DNA of 64,000 bases from an uncultured Candidatus Rokubacteria bacterium (GCA_963805625.1 CAWDVE010000010.1:864001-928000); one strand, 5' to 3'. Positions 28,179-37,645 are shown, counted from the stretch's first letter. Program-made: numbers and translations. The notes: generated by a model not told the origin, from the sequence alone.

Positions 28179-30827
28179 TCAGCGCAGGGTGAAGGCCTCC
28201 AGCGTGGCGGAAAGCGTCCGCGCCCGTCCAACGCTGGCAACCACGCGGCCTGTGCCCGCGGCCTCCACGGCGGAACCGGCCGGGGCTCCCTTGACCCCGA
28301 TGAGCGCGTGGGACATCCAGAGGCTGCCACGGAGGTCCTGCTGGCCACCCACCGATCTGAGCGCGGCCACACCCTCCGCCGTCAGCCGACCGCCGCCGTC
28401 AGTCTTGACCCCGGCGATCACGATGATTCCCGCCGGTAGGGCGTTGATGCGCTCAGCCATGCGACGCGACTCCGCTTCACTGCGGAACGTGTCGAAGTTT
28501 TCTGACCACAGCACGTGGCCATCTCCGCCGTCGAGGGCCACGACGTTGTACCCTCGCCGGGGAAGGGCTACCGCCTCGTGCCCGTTGACATGGGCCGAGA
28601 CCAGGCCTCCGCGGCCTTCCTGGTCGCGGCCCGCGCTGACGATCTCGATGTCCACGGGCGACCCCACGCCTGTCGTTCCGATACGGTAAGCCGCGGCCGA
28701 ACCGGCCACGTCCGGCCTCACCTGGTAGCGATGGAGGAAGCGCAGCTCGTTCCGGTCCGCCGCCCGGAAGGGAGGCGACAGAGCGAGGGTACCCGCCCCG
28801 GCGGCGTGGATCCGGTGAAGCGGGTGACCATTGAGGCTGACCTCGACAGACTGCGTCACGTCAGGATCGTCGCCATCGAAATGGAGCACGAACTCGGCCG
28901 TCGCGTGCGCGCGGACGAAGCTGGAGGAGAAGTGGCGGCGAAGGTCGATGCCCGTCTCCGGTGTAACCGTGAGCTCGTAGATGTCGTCCGGACCGAGCTG
29001 GCCGACGAGGCGAAAGCCGGGGAGCCGCTCCTCTCGAAGGCGCTCGGCCAGGTGAGTCGGGTCCGGATGAACCACGATGTAGCGCAACGGGACGATCTGT
29101 CGGACGGCGTGCGCGAATCCGGCCGGATCGAAGATCGGCCGCGTCGCGCCAACGATCTCTTTGGCCGTCGCGAGGGGGAAGCCGCCTCCGCCGTTCACCA
29201 GCAGTTTCCAATCCGTGTTGGCGGCCCAAAACATGGCCCAGTCGTCGACAGCCCCCTCGGCCATTGGCAGCTCGAGCACGGCGAAGTCGCCTGGCTGCGT
29301 GCCCAGCCAGGGATAGACCGGTGGGACGGGAGGAAGGTGGGTCCATGGGAGCGGAAAGACGTTCAGCTCCACCACCATGGCGGCGAGAAGGGCACCGAGC
29401 ACCACACCTCGCCTGAGGGAGAAGCGATCAGCAAGGGCACTCGCGCCGAACGCCACCAGGAGCCCGAGGGGCAGGGCGAACGCGAGACTCCAGCGGCCTG
29501 GCGCCCGAAAGGCCGACGCGCCGGGGATATGGAAGTACACCCAGCGGAAGGGCGCCGTCCCCCAGGGGTGCTCGGCGATCTTGATCGTGGGGGCGAGCGT
29601 GAGGAGGTAGGCGAGCACGGCCAGGAAGAGGGCGACCAGCACCCACTCGCGGGCGATCAGGGGCCCTCCCCGTCGCTGGCGGCCCTCGAGGGCGATGGCC
29701 GCCAGGGCGAGCGCCGGCAGAATGTTCACCGGCAGCGTGAGATCGTGGATGCCGAGGCGGGCCGCGCTCGCCGGCAGGAGGAGGCTCGCAGCGGCGACGA
29801 CGGTCACCACGATCACGCAGAGGCCAGCGCTCGCGGCAAGGATGCGCTGTGTCCGGCCGATCCATCGGGGCGACTCCGCGGCGGATGCGGCGGCGAGCGT
29901 TCCCAGCGCGACGACGACCAGGCCGAGAGCGACGAAGCCGGGAAACAGGCCGCCCTCGGAGCGGTTGAGGTACAGCAGCCGCTTGCCGTAGGCGGTGTTG
30001 AAGACACCGGGGTCGAAGAGTGACAGGAGATCCATGCCGTACCACTCGGCCTCACCGACGTCGCGCTTGAGGCCGAGTTCGCGATGCTGATCGGAGTACG
30101 GCCCCAGGAAGGGGGCGAGGGCGACGATCAGCAGGGCGAGGGCGAGCGCGCTGCGGCGTGCGAGGCGGAGAGTCAATGCCGCGGGCCGCAGGAGGAGGAA
30201 TGCCGCGACGAAACCCAGAAGAACAAATGCCAGCCCGAAGATCTGGTAGAGTCCCGAGAGCGTCTGGGCCCACAGCGCGGCGACGAGCAGGGCCAGGTCG
30301 CGCCAGCGAGCGCCCTGGAGAACGCGGTGGAGGGTCCACAGGATGAGAGGCGGCAAGGCCGCCATCTGGTAGGTGAACTGGCCGAGGTGGTCCATGCGAT
30401 TCGTGAAGAAGGCATAGACCATGCCGGCGAGGAGGCTCGGCAGCACGCGGCGCGTGAGGGAGTAGGCGAGTAGATATGTGAAGGCGCCGCTCGCCGCCAG
30501 GGCGGCGACGACGAACAGGTTGACTACGAACAGGGGGGTGGCGCCCAGCGCAATCAAGGGAGCCGCCAGGAGACCGGCGAAGAACTCCGGCTGCTGGTAC
30601 GCGACAGTGTGCGAATAGGGGTAGTAGAAAGGGAGATCATGGATGCCCAGAGGATCGTGCAGGATCTGGTGGGCGTTCCAGGCGACGATGCTCGTCTCCA
30701 TCATGTAGTCGCCGCCCTTGCCGCGCAGGATGGTCGTCGACAGCTGGAACACGAGGGGATAGGTATATATGGCGGCGACGGTCAGGTAGAAGAACACGAC
30801 CAGTGCGCCGTGCCGTAGCCGCGTCAC
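28179..30827 (-). CDS. Multi-pass membrane GT-C/YfhO-like glycosyltransferase with a C-terminal ILEI/PANDER-like domain
   Basis: Many TM segments; WNAH..PFYYPY, FRAPGRW and LVNG motifs; C-terminal RGYNVVALD..FDT..ALIGVKG; GTG start at 30827. Confidence 0.75.
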   Translation of the reverse strand: MTRLRHGALVVFFYLTVAAIYTYPLVFQLSTTILRGKGGDYMMETSIVAWNAHQILHDPLGIHDLPFYYPYSHTVAYQQPEFFAGLLAAPLIALGATPLFVVNLFVVAALAASGAFTYLLAYSLTRRVLPSLLAGMVYAFFTNRMDHLGQFTYQMAALPPLILWTLHRVLQGARWRDLALLVAALWAQTLSGLYQIFGLAFVLLGFVAAFLLLRPAALTLRLARRSALALALLIVALAPFLGPYSDQHRELGLKRDVGEAEWYGMDLLSLFDPGVFNTAYGKRLLYLNRSEGGLFPGFVALGLVVVALGTLAAASAAESPRWIGRTQRILAASAGLCVIVVTVVAAASLLLPASAARLGIHDLTLPVNILPALALAAIALEGRQRRGGPLIAREWVLVALFLAVLAYLLTLAPTIKIAEHPWGTAPFRWVYFHIPGASAFRAPGRWSLAFALPLGLLVAFGASALADRFSLRRGVVLGALLAAMVVELNVFPLPWTHLPPVPPVYPWLGTQPGDFAVLELPMAEGAVDDWAMFWAANTDWKLLVNGGGGFPLATAKEIVGATRPIFDPAGFAHAVRQIVPLRYIVVHPDPTHLAERLREERLPGFRLVGQLGPDDIYELTVTPETGIDLRRHFSSSFVRAHATAEFVLHFDGDDPDVTQSVEVSLNGHPLHRIHAAGAGTLALSPPFRAADRNELRFLHRYQVRPDVAGSAAAYRIGTTGVGSPVDIEIVSAGRDQEGRGGLVSAHVNGHEAVALPRRGYNVVALDGGDGHVLWSENFDTFRSEAESRRMAERINALPAGIIVIAGVKTDGGGRLTAEGVAALRSVGGQQDLRGSLWMSHALIGVKGAPAGSAVEAAGTGRVVASVGRARTLSATLEAFTLR

Positions 30828-30995
30828 CCCCGTGCCTTCCTCCGGTGTGCCTTCGCTTCGCGCGTGGGGCCCATGGTAGCACCCACGCCAACCGCCGATC
30901 GCGCCCCCTTTGGGGGACGGGGGAAACGGCCGAGCAGTGGCATTCTGTCGACCACCCTCGTACACTTTTCCCATGCGACTCCATCCGCGCGAGGT

Positions 30996-31061
30996 CGGAC
31001 GGGGTCGCAAGACGGCCATTACACCCGGCACCCCATCCCCGAGGAGCCACGCATGACCAGC
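30996..31061 (+). repeat. 66-bp imperfect direct repeat, copy 2 (duplicated dehydrogenase 3' end with the cocE RBS and start)
   Basis: Encodes GRGRKTAITPGTPSPRSHA* versus GRGLKTAITPGSANPGSHA* in copy 1. Confidence 0.9.
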
Positions 31062-32774
31062 GTGAATTCGGAGTTCACCGTCCGCCGTGATGTTCCCCAG
31101 ACGATGCGCGACGGGACGGTGCTCCGCGCCGACGTCTACCTGCCCAAGGGGATCGGACCCTTCCCGGCCCTCCTCGAGCGGACGCCCTACAGCAAGGACA
31201 ACTCCCCCGAGTGCCAGGTTGGCTCGCCTCCCTTCTTCGCGTCTCAGGGCTACGCGGTCGTGATCCAGGACGTCAGGGGCCGCTTCGCCTCCGAGGGCCG
31301 CTTCATCCCCTTCCACGACGACGGCTGGGGCACGACCCGCGACGGCTACGACACGGTCGAGTGGATCGCCGCTCAGCCGTGGTGCGACGGGAACGTCGGC
31401 ACCATCGGCGGCTCGTACGCGGGGGCGACCCAGTACCGGCTCGCGCCGACGCGCCCGCCCCACCTCCGCGCGATGTACGTGCGCGAATCCTCCGCGGACT
31501 ACTGGGCAGAGTGGGTCTACCATGGCGGCGCCTTCGAGCTCGGCTTCATGGTCGAGTGGACGTTCAAGTGGACCTACAACAACCTCGCGCGGCTGGCGCG
31601 GAGCCCCGAGGAGCACGCGCGGCGGAAGGGCATCCTCGAGAAGGCACTGCAGGAGCTCCCGAGCTGGCACCGTGAGCTGCCGCTTCATCCGAATCCGCTC
31701 GCCGAGGGCCTGGACGACTGGTACAACGAGTTCCTGGCTCATCCGGACGACGGCCCCTACTGGTGGCGCTGGAACATCGGCCACCGTCACGGCGACATCG
31801 AGACCCCAATCGTCCACATGGGGGGCTGGTTCGACATCTTCCTCGCGGGAACGATCAAGAACTTCGTCGGCACGCGTGCCAAGGCGCGTACCCAGGCAGC
31901 GCGCGATGCGCAGCGCCTCGTCGTCGGGCCATGGATCCACGGGCCGTGGAACATGGCCAAGACCGTCCAGGGCGAGATCGACTTCGGGCCCGAGGCGATC
32001 CGGGATTACAACGCCATCCGCGTGCCCTGGTTCGACCACTGGCTCCGCGGCGCCAAGAACTCCGTCCCCGACGAGCCGCGCGTCCAGCTCTTCGTGATGG
32101 GCGAGAATCGCTGGCGCACCGCCGACATCTACCCGTGGCCCGGCGCGCGCGAGACGCCGTGGTACCTCCGTGACGGCGGGCGCCTCGGGCCGGAGGCGCC
32201 GGCCGGGGCAGAGCAGGCCGACGGCTACCGGTACGATCCGGACGACCCGGTCCCGACCCTGGGCGGGGCGACGCTCAACATCCCGGGCGGCGCCTACGAC
32301 CAGCGGCCCATCGAGGGGCGCTGTCTCACGTACACGAGCGTGCCCCTCGAGCGAGACCTCACCGTGATCGGCGACATCCGCTGCGTGCTCCACGCCATGT
32401 CCACGGCGCCGGACACCGACTTCGTCGTCCGGCTCACCGACGTCCATCCCGACGGGACCTCCCGCCTTCTCTGCGACGGAATCCTCCGCGCTCGCTATCG
32501 CGACTCGGGGAGCCACCCGACCCCGCTCACGCCCGGCCGGGTCTACGAAGTGACGGTGGACCTCTGGGCGACGGCCAACACGTTCCGGAAGGGTCACCGC
32601 ATCCGCGTCGCGGTGACGTCGTCGAGCTTCCCCCGGTTCGACCGCAATCTCAACACCGGCGGCCCGACCGGCGCCGAGGCGCGGGGCCAGGTCGCGCTGA
32701 ACACAGTCTTCCACGACGCCGCCCGCCCGTCCCGGATCCTCCTGCCGGTGGTGGAGCACGGCCCGGAGCACTAG
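31053..32774 (+). CDS. CocE/NonD family hydrolase (peptidase S15)
   Basis: MRDGTVL.AD, RTPY, QDVRGRFASEG, GGSYAG, GWFD and GPWIH motifs; GAGGAG RBS. Confidence 0.93.
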   Translation: MTSVNSEFTVRRDVPQTMRDGTVLRADVYLPKGIGPFPALLERTPYSKDNSPECQVGSPPFFASQGYAVVIQDVRGRFASEGRFIPFHDDGWGTTRDGYDTVEWIAAQPWCDGNVGTIGGSYAGATQYRLAPTRPPHLRAMYVRESSADYWAEWVYHGGAFELGFMVEWTFKWTYNNLARLARSPEEHARRKGILEKALQELPSWHRELPLHPNPLAEGLDDWYNEFLAHPDDGPYWWRWNIGHRHGDIETPIVHMGGWFDIFLAGTIKNFVGTRAKARTQAARDAQRLVVGPWIHGPWNMAKTVQGEIDFGPEAIRDYNAIRVPWFDHWLRGAKNSVPDEPRVQLFVMGENRWRTADIYPWPGARETPWYLRDGGRLGPEAPAGAEQADGYRYDPDDPVPTLGGATLNIPGGAYDQRPIEGRCLTYTSVPLERDLTVIGDIRCVLHAMSTAPDTDFVVRLTDVHPDGTSRLLCDGILRARYRDSGSHPTPLTPGRVYEVTVDLWATANTFRKGHRIRVAVTSSSFPRFDRNLNTGGPTGAEARGQVALNTVFHDAARPSRILLPVVEHGPEH

Positions 32775-32812
32775 TCTCGCCTCGGTGCCGCGTCGTGCTT
32801 GACGCCTGGTGG

Positions 32813-33016
32813 GCCTTCACGTTAATGAACGAGATCGCGGGGCCGCAGCTCGCGCAGACCGTGCAGCTCGGCCTCGAATATGATCCGCACCCGCCCTTCG
32901 ATGCGGGTTCGCCCGCGCGCGCGCCGAAAGCGATCAAATCATCGGCGGACGAGCGTTACGCGCATCGCATCGCGGCGTTCGAGGAAGTGCTGGGCCGGGT
33001 CGCGCCTAGTCTCTAG
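32813..33016 (+). pseudogene. C-terminal remnant of a DJ-1/PfpI (InhA-like) gene
   Basis: AQTVQLGLEYDPHPPFDAGSP motif present; catalytic N-terminal region absent. Confidence 0.75.
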
Positions 33017-33105
33017 CACCGAGGTGATTCAGACTGCCCGCTTGCCCCGGCCTCCCCTTCAGCCGTCACACAGCGACGCCCGTGACGCTGGTATGATCTA
33101 GCGTC

Positions 33106-34080
33106 ATGAAGGCCATGGTCGCGACACGTTGGGGCGAGCCGTCGGACCTCGAGTATGTGGACCTGCCCGACCCCGAGCCGGGGCCTGGCCAGGTGATCGT
33201 CGACACTCGGGCGGCGGGATGCAACTTTCCCGACATCCTCATGATCCAGGGGAAATACCAGGTCAAGCCGCCCCTCCCGTTCAGCCCGGGCCATGAGATC
33301 GCCGGCGTGGTCCGGGCGGTCGGCTCCGGCGTGACGCGCGTCCACCCCGGGCAGCGTGTCATCGGCAACCTCGAGTGGGGCGGTTACGCGGAGCGGGCGG
33401 TCACCGCCGCGGAGCGCGTGCACCCGATTCCCGACGGGATGCCGTTCGACCAGGCCGCGGCCTTCTTCGTCGTCTACCAGACGGGCTATGCGGCCCTGGT
33501 CCGGCGCGCCGCTCTCCAGCCGGGCGAGTGGCTCCTCGTGCACGGCGCGGCGGGGGGCGTGGGGCTCGCGGCGGTCCAGCTCGGGAAGGCGCTCGGCGCC
33601 CGCGTCATCGCCACCGCCGGCACGCCGGACAAGCTTGAGGTCGCCCGGCAGTCGGGAGCGGACGTCCTCATCGACTACCGCACGGAGGACTGGGTCGAGC
33701 GTGTGAAGAGCGTCACGGGCGGTGAGGGGGCGGACGTGATCTACGATCCCGTCGGGGGCGACGTCTTCGACGGCTCGACCAAGTGCATCGCCTTCGAGGG
33801 GCGGCTCCTCACGATCGGCTTCGCCGGGGGGCGCATCCCGACCCTCGCCATCAACCGGGTCCTCCTCAAGAACTTCAGCGTGGTGGGGGTCCACTGGGGC
33901 TACTACCAGCGGCGCGGCTCGCCCCTCGTCCAGGAGTGGACAGACGCCCTCCTGAAGCTCTACGGCGCGGGCCGGATCCGGCCCGTGATCTACCGCGCCT
34001 ATCCCCTCCGCGAGGCCGCCGCCGCGCTCCGCGCGCTGGCGTCTCGCGAGTCCTACGGAAAGGTGGTCCTGGTCCCATGA
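33106..34080 (+). CDS. NADPH:quinone oxidoreductase (zeta-crystallin-like MDR)
   Basis: NFPD..GKYQ, HGAAGGVG, YDPVGG and GKVVL motifs. Confidence 0.92.
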   Translation: MKAMVATRWGEPSDLEYVDLPDPEPGPGQVIVDTRAAGCNFPDILMIQGKYQVKPPLPFSPGHEIAGVVRAVGSGVTRVHPGQRVIGNLEWGGYAERAVTAAERVHPIPDGMPFDQAAAFFVVYQTGYAALVRRAALQPGEWLLVHGAAGGVGLAAVQLGKALGARVIATAGTPDKLEVARQSGADVLIDYRTEDWVERVKSVTGGEGADVIYDPVGGDVFDGSTKCIAFEGRLLTIGFAGGRIPTLAINRVLLKNFSVVGVHWGYYQRRGSPLVQEWTDALLKLYGAGRIRPVIYRAYPLREAAAALRALASRESYGKVVLVP

Positions 34081-34856
34081 AGGAGCACGTCCGAACGCCG
34101 CGATTCCTCTCCGCGCGGGAGCTCGCCGACTACCGGCGAGACGGCTTCCTCGTCTGCCGCGGCCTCTTCGGGCCTGGCGAGGTTGCCGAGCTCCGCCGCG
34201 CGACCGAAGAGGTCCAGGCGTGGCCCGAGCAGCCCGGCGTCTGGATGGTCTACGGCGAGAAGAGCCTGCGCGAGCCCGGACGCCGGCTGACGAACCGGAT
34301 CGAGAACTTCTACCCCCACCATCCGGGGTTCAAAGCCCTCTTCGACGGTGACAAGCTCCTCGGGCGTGTCAACGACCTCCTCGGGGAGCCGGCAGTGCTC
34401 TTCAAGGACAAGATCAACTTCAAGCTCGGGGGCGGCGACGGGTTCAAGCCGCACCAGGACCAGCAGGCTGGCTGGAGTGTCTACGCGTCCCTGTTCGTGA
34501 CCGCCCTCGTCGCCATCGACGACGCGACCGAGGCGAACGGGTGCCTCGAGCTCGCGGCCGGCCACCACACCCGCGGCCTGATCGGCCCCGAGTGGGCGCC
34601 CCTGTCCGAGCAGGACCTCCAGGGGGTCGAGTTCGTCCCCTACCCCACCCGGCCGGGCGACGCGGTCTTCTTCGACTCCTTCGTCCCCCATCGTTCGGGC
34701 CCGAATCTCTCCGACGAGCCCCGGCGCGTGCTGTACGTCACCTACAACCGCCTCGCCGAGGGCGACCATCGGGCGCAGTACTACGCGGACAAGCGGAAGA
34801 ACTACCCGCCCGACGTCGAGCGTGAACCGGGCCAACAGTACGTCTACCGGGTCTGA
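34077..34856 (+). CDS. PhyH-family Fe(II)/2OG dioxygenase, PhnY-like
   Basis: LFKDKINFK, HQD, NGCL, PH, RR..YVTYN and DKR..PP motifs; ATGA overlap. Confidence 0.85.
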   Translation: MKEHVRTPRFLSARELADYRRDGFLVCRGLFGPGEVAELRRATEEVQAWPEQPGVWMVYGEKSLREPGRRLTNRIENFYPHHPGFKALFDGDKLLGRVNDLLGEPAVLFKDKINFKLGGGDGFKPHQDQQAGWSVYASLFVTALVAIDDATEANGCLELAAGHHTRGLIGPEWAPLSEQDLQGVEFVPYPTRPGDAVFFDSFVPHRSGPNLSDEPRRVLYVTYNRLAEGDHRAQYYADKRKNYPPDVEREPGQQYVYRV

Positions 34857-34860
34857 CCCC

Positions 34861-36079
34861 ATGAAGATCACCGGGATCGAGACGTTCGTCGTCGACGCGG
34901 GGTGGCGGCCCTGGCAGTTCGTCGCGGTCCGCACCGACGTGGGCCTCACCGGCTACGGCGAGTGCTCGGATGGCCGCAACCCCTACGGTATCGTCGGCAC
35001 GGTCCGGGACTTCGAGCCCGTGCTGCTCGGCCAGGACCCCCGACCCGTGGAGCGGATCTACTGGGACCTCTACCGCATGGCGCGTCAGAGCCCTGGCGGC
35101 ATCGCCGCCAAGGCGATCGCCGGGATCGAGCTCGCGCTGTGGGACGTCAAGGCCAAGGCGCTCGGCGTGCCCGTGTCGGAGCTCTTCGGGGGCCCGCTCC
35201 GGCTCCGCCAGCGCGTCTACTGGTCCCACTGCGGGACCTCGCGGGCCATGAACGCCGCGACGATCGGCGTGCCGCCGCTCCGCACCATGGACGACGTCTA
35301 CCGGCTCGGCGAGGAGGTCGTCCGTCGCGGCTACCGGGCGCTCAAGACCAACATCGTCTATCCGGGCGATCCGGCGCGCGTCCACTTCCCCGGCTTCGGT
35401 GGCGGGCCAGGAACCACCGACCAGACGGTGACCCCCGAGATGGTCCACCACCTGGAGACGCTCCTCGGCACCTTCCGGCGGGCCGTCGGCCCGGATGTCG
35501 GCATCGCGCTCGACCTCAACTTCAACATGAAGCCCGAGGCCGCGATCCGCGTCTGCCGCGCGCTCGGCGGACTCGACCTCATGTGGGTCGAGATCGACAT
35601 GTACGACGCCCTGGCGCTCCGCGAGGTCAAGGACGCGGCGCCCATGCCGATCTGCTCGGGCGAGAATCTCTACGGTCTCCGCGGCTACCGGCCGTTCTTC
35701 GAGGCCCGGGCGATGGACGTGGTGATGGTGGACGTGCCCTGGAACGGCTTCGCCCAGTCCCGAGAAGGTCGCCGAGCTCGCCGAGACCTACGAGCTGAAC
35801 GTCGCCCCCCACAACTACTACAGCCATCTCTCGACCCTCCACTCGCTCCACCTCTGCGCCACGGTGCCCAACGTCCGCATCATGGAGATCGACGTGGACG
35901 ACGTCCCGTGGAAGGACGAGCTGGTGGACGCTCCGCCGGTGATCGAGCGGGGCGAAGTCATCTTGCCGACTCGGCCCGGGTGGGGCGCCGACCTCGTCGA
36001 AGCCGTCGCCCGGAAGCACGTCTGGGAGCCCGGACGCCTGCCCGGCTACTCCGCGGCGACGCAGATATACGCCCGGTAG
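34861..36079 (+). CDS. Mandelate racemase/galactonate dehydratase-like enolase superfamily enzyme, frameshifted at about 35762
   Basis: ALWDVKAK, ALKT, DLN, E and GE motifs; the C-terminal half (KVAELAETYELNVAPHN...PGWG) is in the +1 frame. Confidence 0.85.
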
Positions 36080-36153
36080 CTGCTGGCTGGCCCCGGGCCC
36101 CGGCCGGGCTCTGGGTCCAATGGAGGTCGCCCGAGCCCGTGGAGTCGCCGACC

Positions 36154-37506
36154 GTGACACCGCCGCCCGGTGCTGCCCCGGTTCCCACCCGCTACCGTCG
36201 GTCGCCTCTCCTGCTCCCCCTGGTCGCGGCTGCGCTTGTGATCGCGGCAATCTGGTACACCACCAGCGCACTCAGCCCCCTGCCGCCGCGCACGGTGACC
36301 ATGGCCACCGGCCCCGACGGGGGTGCCTATCAAGAGGTGGGCAAGCGCTACCAGGAGCTCCTCGGCCGTCACGGCATCACGCTCGAGCTGCTCCCAACCG
36401 CGGGGGCGCTCGAGAACCTGGCGCTGCTGCGCGACCCTCGCTCGGGGGTCGACATCGGGCTGCTCCAGGGAGGCATCACGAACCAGAAGGAGTCGCCCGA
36501 TCTGGCGGCGCTCGGCACCGTGTTCTACGAGCCTCTCTGGTTCTTCCACCGAGGCGTGCTCGAAGGCAGGGGTCTGGAGCCGTTGCGGGGGCGGAAGATC
36601 TCGATCGGACCCGAGGGGAGCGGCACCCGGGCGCTCGTGCTCCAGCTGCTGGCGCGGCAGCGGTTTGACCAGGGCTTCGCCCAGCTGCTCGCGCTCTCCC
36701 ACCAGGAGGCCGCCGAGGCGCTGATCCGCGGCGAGATCGACGCGGCCCTCATGCTGGCGGGGTGGGACTCCCCGGCCGTCCGCCAGCTGGTCACCGAGGA
36801 CGGCATCGCGCTCGTGAGCTTCCCCCGCGCCGACACGTACGTGGCGCTGTACCCCTTCCTCAACAAGCTCACGCTGCCTGCGGGCGTTGGAGACATGGCA
36901 AAGAACAGGCCGCCGGCGGCAGTCACCCTGTTCGCGCCGAAGGCCAGCCTGGTGGTGCGCAAGGACTTGCACCCCGCGATCCAGTCATTGTTTCTCGATG
37001 CGGCGGAGCAGGTCCATTCCGGGCCGGGAATCTTCCACCAGACGAGACAGTTCCCGGCCGCGGAAGCGGTCGACCTGCCCCTGAGCGACGAGGCGCGCCA
37101 GTACTACCGCTCGGGCCGGCCGTTCCTTCAGCGTCACCTGCCCTTCTGGCTCGCGGTGGCGATCGGCCGGCTCCTCGTCTTCCTCATCCCCCTCGTCGGC
37201 GTGATGTATCCCCTGTTCCGCCTCATGCCCGTGCTGTACGCCTGGAGCGTGCGCCGGCGGATCGTCCGGATGTACCGAGACCTCAAGGATCTTGAGAAGG
37301 ATGCGCCCTCACCGGACGCGCTGAACGAGGGGCTCGACCGGCTGGAGGAAAGGGCCCGCCACCTCCAGGTTCCGCTGTTCTACAGCGACTCGCTGTACAC
37401 GCTCCGGGTCCACATCGCCATGGTCCGCGAGCGCGTCCAGAGCACCATCGGCCACCACGGGCCCAGTGACGAGCCGCCGCCGCAGGCATCCAGCCGGACG
37501 TCCTGA
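36154..37506 (+). CDS. TAXI-family solute-binding protein with N- and C-terminal membrane segments
   Basis: MATGPDGGAY, GALENL, FYEPLW and GPEGSGT motifs; start approximate. Confidence 0.8.
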   Translation: MTPPPGAAPVPTRYRRSPLLLPLVAAALVIAAIWYTTSALSPLPPRTVTMATGPDGGAYQEVGKRYQELLGRHGITLELLPTAGALENLALLRDPRSGVDIGLLQGGITNQKESPDLAALGTVFYEPLWFFHRGVLEGRGLEPLRGRKISIGPEGSGTRALVLQLLARQRFDQGFAQLLALSHQEAAEALIRGEIDAALMLAGWDSPAVRQLVTEDGIALVSFPRADTYVALYPFLNKLTLPAGVGDMAKNRPPAAVTLFAPKASLVVRKDLHPAIQSLFLDAAEQVHSGPGIFHQTRQFPAAEAVDLPLSDEARQYYRSGRPFLQRHLPFWLAVAIGRLLVFLIPLVGVMYPLFRLMPVLYAWSVRRRIVRMYRDLKDLEKDAPSPDALNEGLDRLEERARHLQVPLFYSDSLYTLRVHIAMVRERVQSTIGHHGPSDEPPPQASSRTS

Positions 37507-37534
37507 CGGGTAGCTGCTGTATATTCCTCGCGGC

Positions 37535-37645
37535 ATGGGGCTCGGCGAGGCCGACACTCACGCCAAGCTCATCGACCCAACCCTCCACGCGCGAGGCTGG
37601 ACCGAGGACCTGATCCGTCGTGAGGAAACGGCCGGCGCGGTCGAG
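37535..37645 (+). pseudogene. N-terminal remnant of a type I restriction subunit R (HsdR, EcoAI/EcoEI-like)
   Basis: MGLGEADTHAKLIDPTLHARGWTEDLIRREETAGAVE matches the EADTRAKLIDP..GW N-terminus, then ends abruptly. Confidence 0.7.

Noticed and set aside
28179-32771. 1530-aa giant ORF
   Set aside because: The N-terminal ~650 aa are the antisense shadow of cocE; the real gene starts near 30827.
34822-37506. 894-aa enolase-TAXI fusion protein
   Set aside because: It results from the +1 frameshift near 35762; the linker is the out-of-frame reading of the enolase C-terminus.
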